This document shows positions 26,321 through 40,958 of a stretch of DNA of 56,421 nt, one piece after another. Within the stretch, counting starts at the first letter, position 1. Each line of letters begins with the position of its first letter. The DNA is from Catajapyx aquilonaris. Its lineage: Eukaryota. A program made the position numbers and the translations under genes. The notes below the pieces were generated by a model, which worked only from the letters and a program-made list of their open reading frames with translations, was not told where the DNA came from and made no database searches. The DNA is taken from the NCBI GenBank assembly GCA_000934665.2, contig JYFJ02002470.1, forward strand, positions 1 through 56,421, given 5' to 3'.

Positions 26321-29300
26321 TAATAACTCCCCCAAAATCACTATTACATCAGCAAAGAAACCCGTATTGTGCCACATCACCAAACTAAATGCAAACAACA
26401 TGCAAAATGTCATCCTCCACAGCCCCCGAAAATTCTCTTCTTTCATCCCGAGTAATCACCCCGCGGCATTATGCATTAGGACGCTAACGAGAATAATAAT
26501 CATTCAAGGCTCCAGCAGCCGTCAAGGCCAACCTCACTGAATATTATGCCAATTTCGTGGGTTCCATTCACGTAAAGACTATTGATCAGCCGTATACGGA
26601 AGAAGCCAACTACTATAGACAAATCCAGCATTTTTTTACAGTCCCCATACACCATAAGTAATCCTATGGGATTGTCATTATTTCCAGTTTTGAATTCTGA
26701 GCAGGCTGAAACCGGCACCATTGAAGTGAAGGATCCTAAACGAAACAACGTAAAATGAGAGCGGATAAGAAGTAAACGGGGGCAGAATGATGAGAAATGC
26801 AGATAGGGGAAACGCCTCGAGGGTACGGATGCTGGGCAGTAATGGCGGACCGGCCATCCTATCTTTTTCGTTTTCCCGGCAGGCGGGTGGATGCAGGCGG
26901 CCAAACGGGATCGCTCGCCCCGTCTCATGCTCTACTTCCTATCGGCCCAGACTTCATTGCTTTTAACCCGTTCCAATTCAGCTTCCCAAATAAGGCTCAC
27001 CTGGTTTTAGGCTTACAGGATGAGATCCGTCTGGGTCAGGTCACTAGACACTACTGGGGTTGTATTCGGGCCTTGTTTCAAAAAACCATTACGCTATATG
27101 CGGGCTGGAGGAGGATCACATGTGTGTTTTTATGTCCTTTTTTGTTGTGTGTGACGCCAACCTTGAGTTGCCATTAGGGGTTCATAATAAGCGATGGAGA
27201 CTGAAACACTTGATGTGGAATATAACAGACACATGATTGTTATGTTTCGTTTATTAGAATCGGGATGCTCGCGCATATGCACCCATATTTTTACAATACA
27301 CCGGACATATTGTTCCCTATGTATTTTCGATTATGAAAATTGAATTGCGTTTTATATGATGTACTGTATGTGGAAGGAATTTCATGTTTTCGCACAAAAT
27401 TATCCTGGCAGTAAATATTCGAGATCAAGTCGCCGTGCTGCTAATATTTACCTATAGGCTATACAAGGCCATTGCAAGTGTTCTATATTTATTACAGGCT
27501 ATACTTCAGTTATGCAATTTCTGCATTTTTACACCATGGTTACTTGTGTGGCTATACCTTTTTGAATGTATAGACGATATCAATATCCGGTTCCTCTGTA
27601 CTATAATATTACCTTAGTTAAATGTGCTACTGTCTATAACTATTTTAGCAATTATTATGTTAGCATATCATGCAATGTCACATTTTCATGTTCGATATGT
27701 AAATTATTATTCAACAAAAAGGGTAATACAATTTCATTCCAATATATTTAAGACGTGCTATTGAAGCTTGATGTTTTACTTGGAAACCGGCTTGCAAGAA
27801 CGCGTAGTGTAATTTTATCTATTTGGACTGTTGCCATTCAAAACTTTTCTGTAGCAAAACTGTAAATAACCTACCCTCATTTTTTTTGAAAAATACTGCC
27901 GACTAATTGGAAGTTTACCCTTTACGACATATTTCTGCAAAATGACTTTGTAATGTCCTATGCCGTAAGAAGCTGAAAGTGCTCTAATTAGCTTTACGCA
28001 ACCCAATGACTCTGGATTGCGCAAATGTAAAATTCATCAGTCTCTCTCTCTCACACACACAAGGACATCTGCAATGTTACACTCCAAAGTCTTCTCTCTA
28101 CTGGCTCAAGTGGCCAACTATCCTTCTCCGGATTTTGGCACGTAACCCAAGAGTTTGCGGTTGCAGCCCAACCTCCCCCTCCCTCCATCACCTCCGGGTT
28201 CCAAAACCCACGAAGTCGGGCCCTCTCAACTTTTCGCCCGGACAAAAGTTTTGGTAGAAAATCCGGCGGCGCCGAGGATCAAAGCCGCTGCAAGCAGCAG
28301 TATATAGAAGCGATGGTGCTGGAGAGAGGAGGAGGGAGGTCTCTCCCCCCCATAGCTGCAGACCTGGGATAGATAGGGCTTAGTACGTAGACTTAGTCGA
28401 GAGCTTTGGGTAGATGGGAACAGAGAAGACCCAAGTCTGCTACTTAATTCCCTTCCTCCGGATCATCGCAGTCGCGCCTTCCTTACCGCGCCATTTTTCC
28501 TTAGATTTATTCGCCACAAGGATTCATTTTCTCCGGAGTCAGAGCCTTCCCTTGGAAACAATACCAAGGCGTGCCAATGGTGATTGCCTCTCTGCTCTAA
28601 TCCTGTACTTCCCTTCACCAGTTGTGATGCGACGACAAAAAATAGAGGTTGTGATGACCTAATATGAATATCTATGAAATTTAATTAGTAGGCATCATGT
28701 AACGTTAATGCTGTGTACAGTGCATGTAATACCATGTTGAAATATCCGGTGTCTGGAAATGTCAGCATTTTTGAAGGCTATAATTCAGTAGTGTTATAAG
28801 ACTGAAATCTCAGCTCTGCCAATGCCTAATGGCTAATACGAAATAGTCTATATGATGACCATTGTTGAGGCAGACATTCCCATGAAAATGTTTCCCCTTA
28901 GGGCGAGTAGCCTCAGACCTGCTCTTGTGTACGTTATTAGAGCATAGAATAGAAATCGCTTCATCAAAGACTTCTTAACAGACGTTTGATGCTTGGGAAT
29001 TTCGCAAGATGGCATTCTTGCTTCTTGGAGTTGAAGAAAGAAGCTCGTTCTGGTAGGTGAACTTCACCAACTAGCGTCTAAAGGGCGCGGATTTCGCTTC
29101 TAACTCAAACTTTTTAGCACACACTTACAGACCGCATCTCTATGCAGGATTAAACACAAAATGGTGATTCGCATTCAACCTCGTCGAGCAAAAACAACTT
29201 CCAAAAAATAATGTTCAAAGAACAAAAGAAAGGGCAGGGGTGGGGGAGGGCAGGGCAGGAAAACATGTCTTGCTAAATGACTCTAAGCGAAGGGAAAAGA

Positions 29301-30144
29301 ACTTTCAGCACGAATTATGCTAATGGGATTGCAAACTAGAGTGATGTATATAGGGTGTCTGCATTTATTATCGTTGAGAGCATCAGTATATCGTTTATAG
29401 CCATCGTTTCAATTAATTTTGAAAGATGAACCAAAATGAACACAAATTAAAGGATCAGTGTGTCAAAAAATAAAACAAACTGCTTCAAAGCACTGAATCG
29501 ATGCTTCAAAGAACTATTAATATTTTAAGTAATGTAATAGTCAGCGATGCAATTATTAAATTCCAAAACTCTGCTGTTAAAACTTGATATTGTGAGATCA
29601 ACGTGAATCCAGAAGTATTCGCTATTTCCCCATACAATGAGATGTAATTGGTGAATCAAAGCCACAGATTTCCTCCAATATAGGGCACAGATAGGACTAT
29701 AGTGAAAAGTATTTGTGAATAGCGGTGAGGTTGTATCACAAACGTATATAGTATGTGAAAAGGTTGCCTTTCCTTCTGAGAGTAAAACGTGTCAAAGCCT
29801 ATTGGAATGACAAGCGTCTCTTCTGCTAAATTCTGCAAATTACTGAACCCTGTTCGGAGGTCATACTTCCTGCTATGTCTCAAACTGGCTTAGATAAAGT
29901 AGTAGTAAAAACAATAAAAAATGTAGGCTACTTGAAAATGTCTGTTGAAATTTAGTGTCACACTGTGCCACAAAATCAACTCAAAATTAGTAGCCGATTA
30001 TTTTACAATGGCGTAAAATTATGGGACAATACCAAGTAGATATCATTCATAAATTCCTACCAGTAGTGAACACGAAGTATTTTTCAAAATTAGCTATTGC
30101 AAGGTCAGATCAAGTATTTCCACCTTGCAATTTTACCTGGCAAT

Positions 30145-30194
30145 TTTCATGGAGGGCACATGTAAGACATAAGTTACATGTGCCCTCCATGAAA
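30145..30194. repeat. Hairpin with a 21 bp perfect stem
   Basis: TTTCATGGAGGGCACATGTAA-GACATAAG-TTACATGTGCCCTCCATGAAA. Confidence 0.85.
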
Positions 30195-32151
30195 TTTTTT
30201 TTTGTTCTGGAAGTAAATGAGGTGTTTCTCGGTACAAGAATTATTATATAAGTTGTATGATCCAATTCCGTCCAACATGCGTGGAATAAAGAAATGATGG
30301 AAGTAACTTACAGAATAAAACTTTTTGAAGCAAATCTATTATATATCTTAGAAATTATGCCTATGCAGTTGCGACATAGAGGCATGTGTAAGGCTGAAAT
30401 GACCAGTGATGAATTTAAAACGCCATTTTCTTGAACATCCGATGCATTTTAGCAATTTGAGTTGTTTAATTTTAATATTCCAGATTGACTTGATCTTCAG
30501 CCTTGTTCTATTAGGCTATTCATAATTCATAATAATACGTTTTGATTCTCCAGACTTGTTCTGGTTATATTCCGTTTCATCTGAAGTTCATTTCAAGAAA
30601 GGTGAAGGTAGAGGACAATGTAGGCTACAGCCTCATAAAAAAATACGACGTCAGAATAGCATGTTAATTTGACAGCTTGGAACGAGTCTCAGGAGGGCGA
30701 ATATTTAGTACGGCGCCCATAAAGGTTGTACCGTACAACTCAGTTAACCACTCTGGTCTTGCAGACTGTATATGGAAACCTATCGTTCACTCTCGCCTTT
30801 GTAGACTATACAAAAAAGTGGTCATGCGGGAGCAGAAATTGCCAAAAGTAATCTGTAATAACTAGACAACAAATGAAAATACGACGACTATGCACTAATT
30901 CATACATGACATTGTCTTCCAAACATAATCAACATTCCTCTACTAAATCAGCAACCCCACCCTCCCACCCACTCAAATCCACCTACCCACCCCCTCCCCC
31001 GCCACCCCCTTGCCTGGACCTGCCGCAGTCGCCATCTTGTCGAATCCCCGCTTGTGCAACCAGGAGGCTTGCAGCTATCCCAAGCCCCCTGCCTGCCTGG
31101 ATCCAAGGCATCTATGGCCCCATCCAGACTACAAGAACCGCCGTCACCAAACCAGCAGCCAAAACCCCGTTCTACCTGCTAAATACTAATGGAACCTTAA
31201 ATTCCACTCAGGCCCCAGCTACAGCGCGCCATATTGATCCGAGAGTCGGAGGAAACGCTTTTGTTTCCCCCCCTCCCCCTACTCCCCTCTCATCCTCTCC
31301 CCACCGCATCCCCGCATCCGTCCACATCCCCCCATCCTCCCCACATACATCCTCCCCCCCCCCTCAGCATGCACAAGAGCAAAATTGCTTCCTTACCACA
31401 GCAACCAAATTTTCCTGGCAGAGGAACGCACTTTCCTCAACACCCTGCTGTCCTGAGGCTTTGGGCTTATTATGGAGGCTGTGCTGTATGGGCCCCACAT
31501 CCAGGTCAGCACAATCTCGCCCTCTAGGTTTAGGCCTATATGTTGCGTCTTTGATGCATAGAGATGGCGAGTTTATCTCATGATGAGACAAACTTTCTTG
31601 ACTGCCAGTGGAAAAAGCCCGGTGACATATATGCAAATAAACAACAACACCACCACCACCATCACGACATTTCCCTATAAGGAGTAGTCTGCGATAAAGG
31701 GAGACAAGGATATGCAAGTAAGAGGCAGGAAAATACTTTCCACACCAATTAATAGTGAAGAATAGTATTCGCTTATTACTATATGTACATTCTATATAGG
31801 TGTTAATTTAGATTGTCTGATTTGCTGTGGTCAGTCCTTGCAAGGCGATATGTACATTTTAGTGCTAAACATAAATTAATTCGATATGCAGTGAGGGGTG
31901 TGTAATTTATGGGTGAACAACTATAGTATTATATCGCATGGATCGACAACAACTATTGTAGCCATGGACCGGTGTATATATATGGGCTTCCTGAATCTAG
32001 ATCTTATTTGTTACCCTGAACCACAATGTGAGCCTCTATATGGGTTGATATAGAGCACATACTCTGGAGCCATTTAAAACAACAAACGTCGTCCTATAGA
32101 GATATGCATCAAATCTGAATAATGTATATGGTATATTAAATGTTTTAAGGA

Positions 32152-32405
32152 AGGGCGACACGGTGGCCGAGTGGTTAGCGCCGCAGCCTTCCACCTCTGA
32201 GGTCCCGAGTTCGATCCCCGGGTCGGACAGAGGATGCTTATGTTGATAGAGTTTCGATGGGTTCTCTCCGTGTTCGCGTGGGTTTTCTCGGGGCTCTCCC
32301 GTTTCCTCCCATTATCAAAATCCATCACATTACAGGCAAATGACTAAAGACGGTTCACGAAAAGATGATCCCCTAAGAGGCCCAAGGGGCCTATCACGGG
32401 GTATC

Positions 32406-32442
<37 letters not shown>

Positions 32443-32446
32443 TAAA
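32152..32446 (+). mobile_element. Full-length tRNA-derived SINE with a V-domain-like core and (ATT)n tail
   Basis: A box TGGCCGAGTGG, B box GAGTTCGATCC, (ATT)n tail, and 14 bp TSD AAATGTTTTAAGGA at 32138-32151 and 32447-32460. Confidence 0.92.
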
Positions 32447-33916
32447 AAATGTTTTAAGGATATCAATGTTTTACAGTATCTTTAGTAATTTTTGTATTTC
32501 CGCTGTCATTTAAGCAGGTGGCATCGGCGTAAAAAACTGTAATTATGTCGCATTGGCACACCTAAATATTCTCGATCATAAACAATTTTTGGGTTACGCG
32601 TATATTTGCACTCAAATAGTTAGTGAAAGAATGCTTCTCTATAAAGTAAAGAATTATTCTCAATTCATTATTTAAACATGAGTAATTGCTACCCGGAGGC
32701 AAATTGTATTGGCACACGGCAGAGTCATGACTATATTCCGCATGTGGTGTATCCCGCCGAAATGTGTGAGGTGTTATATAATATAGTACCTATAATAATA
32801 TATCATAATATCCGGGTAGTGCTTGGCCTTCTCGGCATGTAGCACTGACCTTTATTTGTACGATGTATATATTTGGAACTTATTTATTGAAGCGCCCGTT
32901 ATAGTAGTACCTATATCGTTTTGGAACACTTCCAAAACGTAATTGGTCTCTTCCCCTCAGAGGACAAGTGCCGACTATGTAAAAGGCAATCATTTTTGAC
33001 TAATGCATGGCGGATGTCAGAGTTGGTTTCAAATATACAGTACAGTATATACACGTGTTAGTTTTCCCCCAAGAGGATGCAAATTGGTGCCAATAAGAAG
33101 CACGCTGTCTTATACAATCATGTGCACTCCCTGTATATTCACAAGTGATGTCCAGAAATAAAATAGAAACTTCATTATATTTCTATCGGCATTACATTTT
33201 TCGTTATTAAATACGCAAGCACGGCCACTTCATATAACCTATAATGTTGATAATATTTTAGCTCATGTGAGCATGAGTGTATGTATAGGGTGGCTGACCT
33301 TTTCTTATAGGCCTTCAAAAGTGACATGTTTAAATACAGTATACTGATGTATTCGCAAAACGCACGAAAATGGCTCGCGTGTTGGAAGGGATATAAAAGA
33401 ACAAGGTTGTGAACCGCCGGCCTGTGTATGTAAAATACCAATAGATGTGATGCAGAGATCTCAGGAGGAATAAAAAAGAAGAATAATTTCAAATAATAAT
33501 GTAACAATTAACGTGATCGAAATATATGAGGTGTCAGCAATATGAATAGCTGCAAGGCCTGCAACTTATGGAACCCTCATAATATTAACCGGTTGGCACC
33601 CTGCTGAGGGAGCAAAGACAAGAGTTGCGCGTGGGTAATGCGCCTTCGGTTCTTCTGAAAAATTTGGCAGACTCAGGAGTATACTAACTTCACTCAGAAT
33701 AGTCCACGCCATCTCAATAGACACAGACGTGAGCTAAATTCTGAAGCACATGTGTGAATGATATATAATTTTTGTAGTGTTCGAAAACACGAGTTTCATG
33801 TCACAATTGAAAATCCATACTATACTAATAAGTCTTATTGGCATTTTGTTGGTGTTTTACATTTGACAATATATTATTGTTACAGTTTCTCGTTTTTACT
33901 ACTAATATATAATGTA

Positions 33917-34045
33917 ATGAAAATGAGAGAACGATCTGACGTCATCATCCATGGAAATACCTTCACAGAACAATATGAGTTAACAGTGTCAACAAACAGC
34001 AACAATGGAAGAAACGATGACGTCAGATCGTTCTCTCGTTTTCCG
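33917..34045. mobile_element. MITE with ~30 bp TIRs and TA flanks
   Basis: GAAAATGAGAGAACGATCTGACGTCATC / GATGACGTCAGATCGTTCTCTCGTTTTC. Confidence 0.75.
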
Positions 34046-37000
34046 TAATTACTCCTCTCTGAATATGCGACAAGCATGGTAATTTTTGTGAGTAGATAAT
34101 ATTTTTGAAAACCCTAATAGTAATTGTTCCAAAGTAACTGCTTAGTGCCAAAAATTGCTAATGACTATATTCCGTATATCACACAATAATTGCTAATAAT
34201 TGCCATATTTGGAGTTACACCATCAATATTTAAATAACATAGTGCCATTGCCGAATAATCCTGCAGACATATTTAATTCCTGGTCCTATACGCCATTATT
34301 ATAGCCTGTTTACAATGACACCAGAAATTCAGGACACTAGTCGACATAATGTGATTTACAAACATCTCTAAAGAGAAAATGCGCTTCTGTCATCTAATTA
34401 AATCTGCTGAGACAGGCAGTAGCCGGTTGATTAGCAATTACCTGTCGACATATTTTCTTCGCCTGTTACTTCTCTAACCTGCTTCATGACTATTATCATA
34501 CATAATCACTCGCGATAGCTGTACATTCTATGCAATTATAAATCCGCTATTATCAAAAGTTAGGCTAACTAATTTATTGTCCAGGATTTAATTATAATTA
34601 CAGATATTAGTGCATAACCTGTATTGTATTTTTAAATAATGCACACTAAACCGAGTCAGAATCTATCAGCATTTTAGCGGTCAGTATTTTACATCACAAA
34701 GTCACCTATTCCTCTCTTATAGTATACTATGCACGCTCCATGAGTTGCGAGTAACACTCGGCAAAAAGCTACACCTCGTAAAGCAAAGTGTACTTATTTT
34801 CCTACTATCAATATACGCATATCCACCCCATTATCACAGTTAGTTGGGTCTTTAGAAAGCGCACACTTTATAATTATCTCATGAAAATGATGACAAGTAA
34901 TAAATTTGGGTGTGCAACGTTCATCTTCGTCATGACTCATTCAGATGGAGGTGATAATGCGATGTTCTATTCAATTATGGAGGAAAAATCGAGTTGGCAC
35001 AGCGTGTCCAGGGTCCCTAGAGCAAGCCACGCTGCCCATTCATGTAGGCAATACATAACACAAATGTGGCGCTAGTGCGCACAGCAGATAAGTTATTTTC
35101 ACTGTACCCTATATTGTGTCAGGTAAACTGGATGCAATGGCTGTGCCCCGCAGAGACATCTGCATTAATATCATGTCAGCGCGGCTTTGCAGGCACCTCT
35201 TACTTTAGCAAATTTATATTATAATAAGTATTATTTATGACTGCATAAAACGTGGTAGGGCGCATCTCCCCTTAAAAAAAGTTCTGATTCCATAGCCATA
35301 TAGGTGACTGCATCGCCCAAAAATTCTGCCCTGGGGACAGTATGTGCTGCAGTTGGTCACACATAGTTTAGTCAAATAAAAGTATATATATTCTTCTTTA
35401 ATAACATCTTCAATCGATCAAAATAATCTATCAGGTCTTCATAATTTTGGTGAGTAACTGTCCTCTTATGTCAGTCAGGCACAGTCGAATAGGTTACATA
35501 AACAAGTTCTCTTCCGGACCGAATTTGATTACTGTGCCTTAATCCAGTATATGAGCAGGACATGTTGGTCATATATTAATCATCATAATCATATACAAGC
35601 AAACTTATTGCACTGCACAAGTCTCATTGTGATGCAATACACAAATCTGCCTGCAAATCTGCCTGTGCCAAGTTTAAAAAATAATTATTAACATATTACT
35701 GTACTATACATAGCAATATGCTATTTACCTCTGGTATTATCCCAGGGAGGTCACCAATACTGTAGAATAATACTGTCTAGTTTGCAAGCATTAAACTTTG
35801 CAACTAAACTCCTGAGTCAGGCAATGAAAGAGAAGGTAAAATAATTTTTCTGATCATATTTACTTTCTTACAAAATTAAATCGGTTATAACCAGTATACT
35901 TCAAAACAAGTCCGGAATATGCTAGGCATGTACTGTATATGTAAGTGAACAAAACCCCCAGAATACTGCATATAGTCATGCATAATACGACGTTCATAAA
36001 ATATCGTTGGCACGCCATGTTGCTGACACTATGAAGAGGGACATGACACACGATGCCTATGCACAGTGTCACATGCCGCCATAACACGAGGACACCAAGC
36101 AACAGAAAAACCGGCCTGACTGATTTGGTAGCCTAAACATGTCTGGTGAAGGCAAGTCGTGGGCGCGGCCTGAGCTGGAAGAAAAGAGGAAGATCCAGCA
36201 AGATGCGTCTTTCCCCCCAAAAAACGGGCGTATCTAGGCTTTCTCCCAGCTCATGCAGAGCACGCCATGGCGGCTGCTGCAGGAAAGTCGATATGGAAGC
36301 AGGGGAAGCACAAATGCAAAACCGGGCTTTTGCTGGGCCCAGGCCAGGGACGATGGTTGGGGAGACACAAATATGGCGCGAGGTGAGAAAAATGTGCAAG
36401 GTACTTACAGGCATGCAGCAAGATGCCAAGCAGACTGGTCGCCAAAAAGGGACGAGGGAGGTGGGGAAAAAGGGGATGGGAGGGGACCCACAATGCATCT
36501 CAAGCGCCCAAATGGTGGGTGACAACTGTGATGCCCGTAAACGACTCCCATCTTCAATCAATACATTGCAACTTAGGGCTATCTGTCTGCCATGTTAGGC
36601 CGCCAAATACAAACCAGTAAGACTTTACAATAGAAAAAAAAATGTATAACGAAGCAATCGGTTAAGTGAATAACTGAATAAATCTGCCATGAAACTTGGG
36701 GAATGGAATGGTTACATTTTTGTTATTGCGGCTCTATCTTTAGAGTAAGAGAAAAAAAATCGTGTGGAAGCAGTAGTCAGCAGGAGTGCATAACCTTCAA
36801 GGCCACTTGGACTAATGCAAAACTTTCTTCTTTCAGCCCGACTGGAGAGAAGAAAATGGTTCTTTCCGAAAAAGGAGCCTGAAGAAGACTTTGCATGGCC
36901 CCTAATCCTCCAAGAATGTTTCCAGTCTGAAAAAGTTTTCAACTGTCGTTTGGACACCGCACGGAAAAGCGAGATAAAAGAAGGCTTTTCTGAGAGAAAG

Positions 37001-39294
37001 AATATAAGCCTATATATACCAAGAGCGGACGCAATACAATCTCATCAGCAGATCAAGAAAAATCCTTCAAAGTTCATTCACTTTCCAGCAATCTAAGATA
37101 TGACTGTATAAATGTTGCCATATTAAATGATTATATTTTTACACATGTGATGTGTATTTTCAGATTCAAAGCACATCATTGCGTAATTTTAATTTACAGA
37201 AGGTATTATAAAGGAGCAAACCAGTCAGTAATAGGCCAGTAAATGTTCCAACTTATTATATTACACGACGTAAAAGCCAGATCACAATCATTACTCAATT
37301 AGGCTTACACTGAAGCATGTGTGTCATTATTTTGACACGTAATGAATGCATATAGTGTCTGAGGAAACACATGTGTGTGTAAATGTGTCACTCGACACAT
37401 TGTGGAGTCTGGCACAGGTGAACCTCTTTTGTGGCACATGCTCAAACCCAAATTTAAATTAGACACAGCAAATTGTGTGTCGGTTCTCTGTGTCTAACTC
37501 TAAATTTCAGCATGCACATATAGTTTGCATCTAACACGTACACAGCTTGTCGGGTGCTTCATAAGTTCCAAGTGCAATAAATCAGCCTCGACTTACACTG
37601 TTTATTATACGTCAGGTGAGTGCTACATAACTTAAGTTTCCCTCATCTAATGCAGCTGTATATAGCTTCTTCGCCTTCAAAAAAATTCCGTCTGTCGCGC
37701 TTACGTAATTTATGGAACACCCCCATTCCGCATAGTCTGAAGGAATAAACCAAGCCCGAGCTAATTTTACTTGAGCAAGAGCAGAAACGAAACTGTATAT
37801 TTTCTACCCCCCAGCCATGTTCCATCTGCAGCATATACCCTCGCAAAAATGAAGTGCCAAATGAAAAAAAATCCATGCACTTGAACTAAATTACCCCCAT
37901 TTTTCCCTCCCATTTTATTTTTTTCGACTCAAACGCCTGAAAATCCTTCGTTGCCTCCAGTAGATTGAACCCAGGTGTGTCCAAAAGCCGCCCAGGGGCC
38001 AAAGCGAGCTTGATTAGTCCAGAGGGCCGCTTATATGAAGATGTGGCGCAGGTCGGGCAGAGACGAGCCTGGGTGGGATGGGGCCCATGCTTGTCGGGAA
38101 TGGCCGGAATGGAAGTAGGATCCCCAATCCCCGCCAGGCTATTGACTATATAGGCGCCTGCCCGGCCTCCACTCCAACGTTAGGTCTACTTCCTGCACAT
38201 ACACCCAGATGGATTGGGGCATGTAAGCGGCGCCTGGATGGTAATGGCGCCAGTTTCTGCCTGTATGGAGATTGCGTTGCCTCGCCATGACTGCGCCACC
38301 GAATTAGCAAGACTCGCACACTACAACCTCCCCCCTCCCATCTCCTATATGCTACACTTCCCCTTGTTTCATCTGCCTGGCGGCACATTATTGAGATGAC
38401 ATTCGACCGGAGGTATTTTCCCTCCTCCGCGTGCTGCTATATTCTGCTGTACTGGGCATATTCTTTTGCCTGCCGACACCAACCCGGGATTGTTATGCGC
38501 CAGATACGACCAGAGGGGATTTCCTTCCATTCTCCTGCCGCGCTATTTGCAATAACATGGGTCCCTCCAGTATGGAAGTTGCACGCCTTTGTTTTTTTTT
38601 TCCGGGTATCAGCAGCACCCACAATTTTCGATCCTATACCAAGGCTGGATTATGTGATCCAACCTGGCTTTCCGGATCCGAGGAGAAGAAAAAAAACAAT
38701 GAAATATCTAGTTATAAACATTGATTTGGTTAGTGCAAATTGGGTTTTTCTTATTAAAATCAAGGAGGAACAGTGTGGAAAGAAGCAACCTTGTTTGACC
38801 CCACTTTCTCGTTTCGAGTTGGAATTCCCTGCTATTACACACCCGGAGAAATGCACAAATAGGTCACAAGACGGGATTACACTGGCACTACTCCCAATAG
38901 TCTCTTCCTCGCCCGATGCTTGAGTCTATCCCAGAATTGCTCAAAAGGAATGGAAGGAATGTTATTAACTTGCGTTGCACTTTTCCGGATTTACTGACTT
39001 CAGTAGCCATATTTACTGCAGTTATGATGGGTCCATCATGAGTAGCTGGACCAATATTTGCATATTTTCTTATTATGATATAACTTAATTGTTGAAATCA
39101 TATCCACGCATTGTTACCCATTCATAAAGCAAATTGATAATATTATACTTTTATAATAGGCTAATGGCAAACCATTTATATCATCATAATATCTAGTAAA
39201 TATGCAGACTCAGATATAACTTACCTCCATACTATATTCTGAGGTATTACCTAATATTCGTCTATAGCCTACATTTATTATGTGGAGTGGTCAG

Positions 39295-39468
39295 AAATAT
39301 TTTCTGATGAAAATGAGCCAAAAAGAAATAATAACGAATATTTTTGGCTCATTTTCATCAGAAAATATTTAGAATTTATTGGGAATTTATATAAAAGAAC
39401 CTGAAAAGTTCTTTATTGACACCAATAAATTTTATTGGTGTTAATAAGGAACTTTTCTGGTTCTTTTA
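39295..39468. repeat. Two adjacent AT-rich hairpins (39295-39370 and 39392-39468)
   Basis: AAATATTTTCTGATGAAAATGAGCCAAAAA with a perfect inverse, and TAAAAGAACCTGAAAAGTTCTTTATTGACACCAATAAA with a near-perfect inverse. Confidence 0.88.
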
Positions 39469-40958
39469 CAGCCGAAAATAAGTTTCTGGTCGCAGTACAA
39501 CCGGCCCTTAGCTTACCACAAACTACAGGTAGACTACTGTATATCATGCTTGACTTATACCAAGTGAATTTTATCTTTTTGACCCAATAAAATAGGCAAT
39601 ATTGTTAGAAGTTTCAGGTAGAAGACGTGAATAAATTCTCATTATTGTACTGCTGATGAATCGACAGTCAAGGGCTCCTTTGCATAATACGGTAATTACA
39701 AGTGAAATGTATGACACTGATGGGTAAGTGTATAAAGATTTGTTGTTAATGTCAAGAACCAAGAGTGTGAAGCTGTCGTACCACGTAAACATGAAGATGG
39801 CACGAAAACTTAGCTCTATAATAATTATTATTATACAGCTGAATTTCTCCAGACTGCAAGGTAATGTATGGTGCTCAATATTTTAATTTTGCATGATAGG
39901 CATACTCCTCACAATAATCTCATTGGAAACTGCAACACTAATACTCTGCTATAGTTAATAATTCTGTATGGTAAAACAGGGAAAAGACAAAAATTAGGAT
40001 AATCATTTGGACTGATTTTTCGTCGCATCCTGCAACATCCAAGATATACCAGTCTCATGGGGTAATTATTCCAATTCTAAATCCCGTTATACTACATATG
40101 TGAAGTCCATCTAGACATCTAATTAGTGGGTAACGGTTCGTATACTTTGCAAATTAAAATATAGCGTCTAAAAGAAAATGCAAAAAGTTTTACATACAAG
40201 TTGGTGCAGTGCCCAAGCTCCCCATTTCATGATGGTGGTATGGGGAAAGAAATTAACTAATGCTTATTCCAGAAACCAGTTTTAAAATTACCGTTTGAAG
40301 CACTGTAAACTTGTGATTATTATCTTTAAACTGAATCTTGGAGTAAACAATCCTGGTCCACTACCTTCTTAAGCTGGAGATTTGGGCAGTGCATCGCAGC
40401 CTGTACACATTGATGAGTCTCTCTGCTAAGTAATGGTTGCAATCGAAATCCCATCATGATTCTTGTTTAATAGCATTATGGGAAAAAGAATATTCAGGTT
40501 AAGCACTTGTTCATACCCCATTTGTTGCAATAAGAACATACAACCTATACCCCTCAGGCCAATGACATTGACTTCCACCACAACATATCTCAGACTGACC
40601 GATATCCTGTTATTTCTGATAACATTTGGTCTGCTGCGAAGTTGTTTTACACAAGGATTCAAAAAAAACATGTAGAAAAGTCTAATAGGAAAAGACGTAT
40701 CGAATTCAATTAAGCAACGCTGTTTGATTCGGGCCAACTTTTACTCATTTACAAAGGCGTATATAGGATGCATAACTAAGGCGGAGTGTAGATAATTACG
40801 TCAAATCGTTTGGTGTCACTTGAACACAAACTATGTACCGCAATTCATAATGAAATACTAATCACCGCCGTCAAATCAGTAAATGGTGTCTGTGATGATA
40901 TCATGAGATTTTTATCGTGCTGAGGTTAAACTAGATCATCACTTTGAAATGTTTCTAA

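Noticed and set aside
30873..31583. 236 aa proline-rich ORF
   Set aside because: Its length is explained by C-rich low complexity that lacks stop codons; no recognisable domain.
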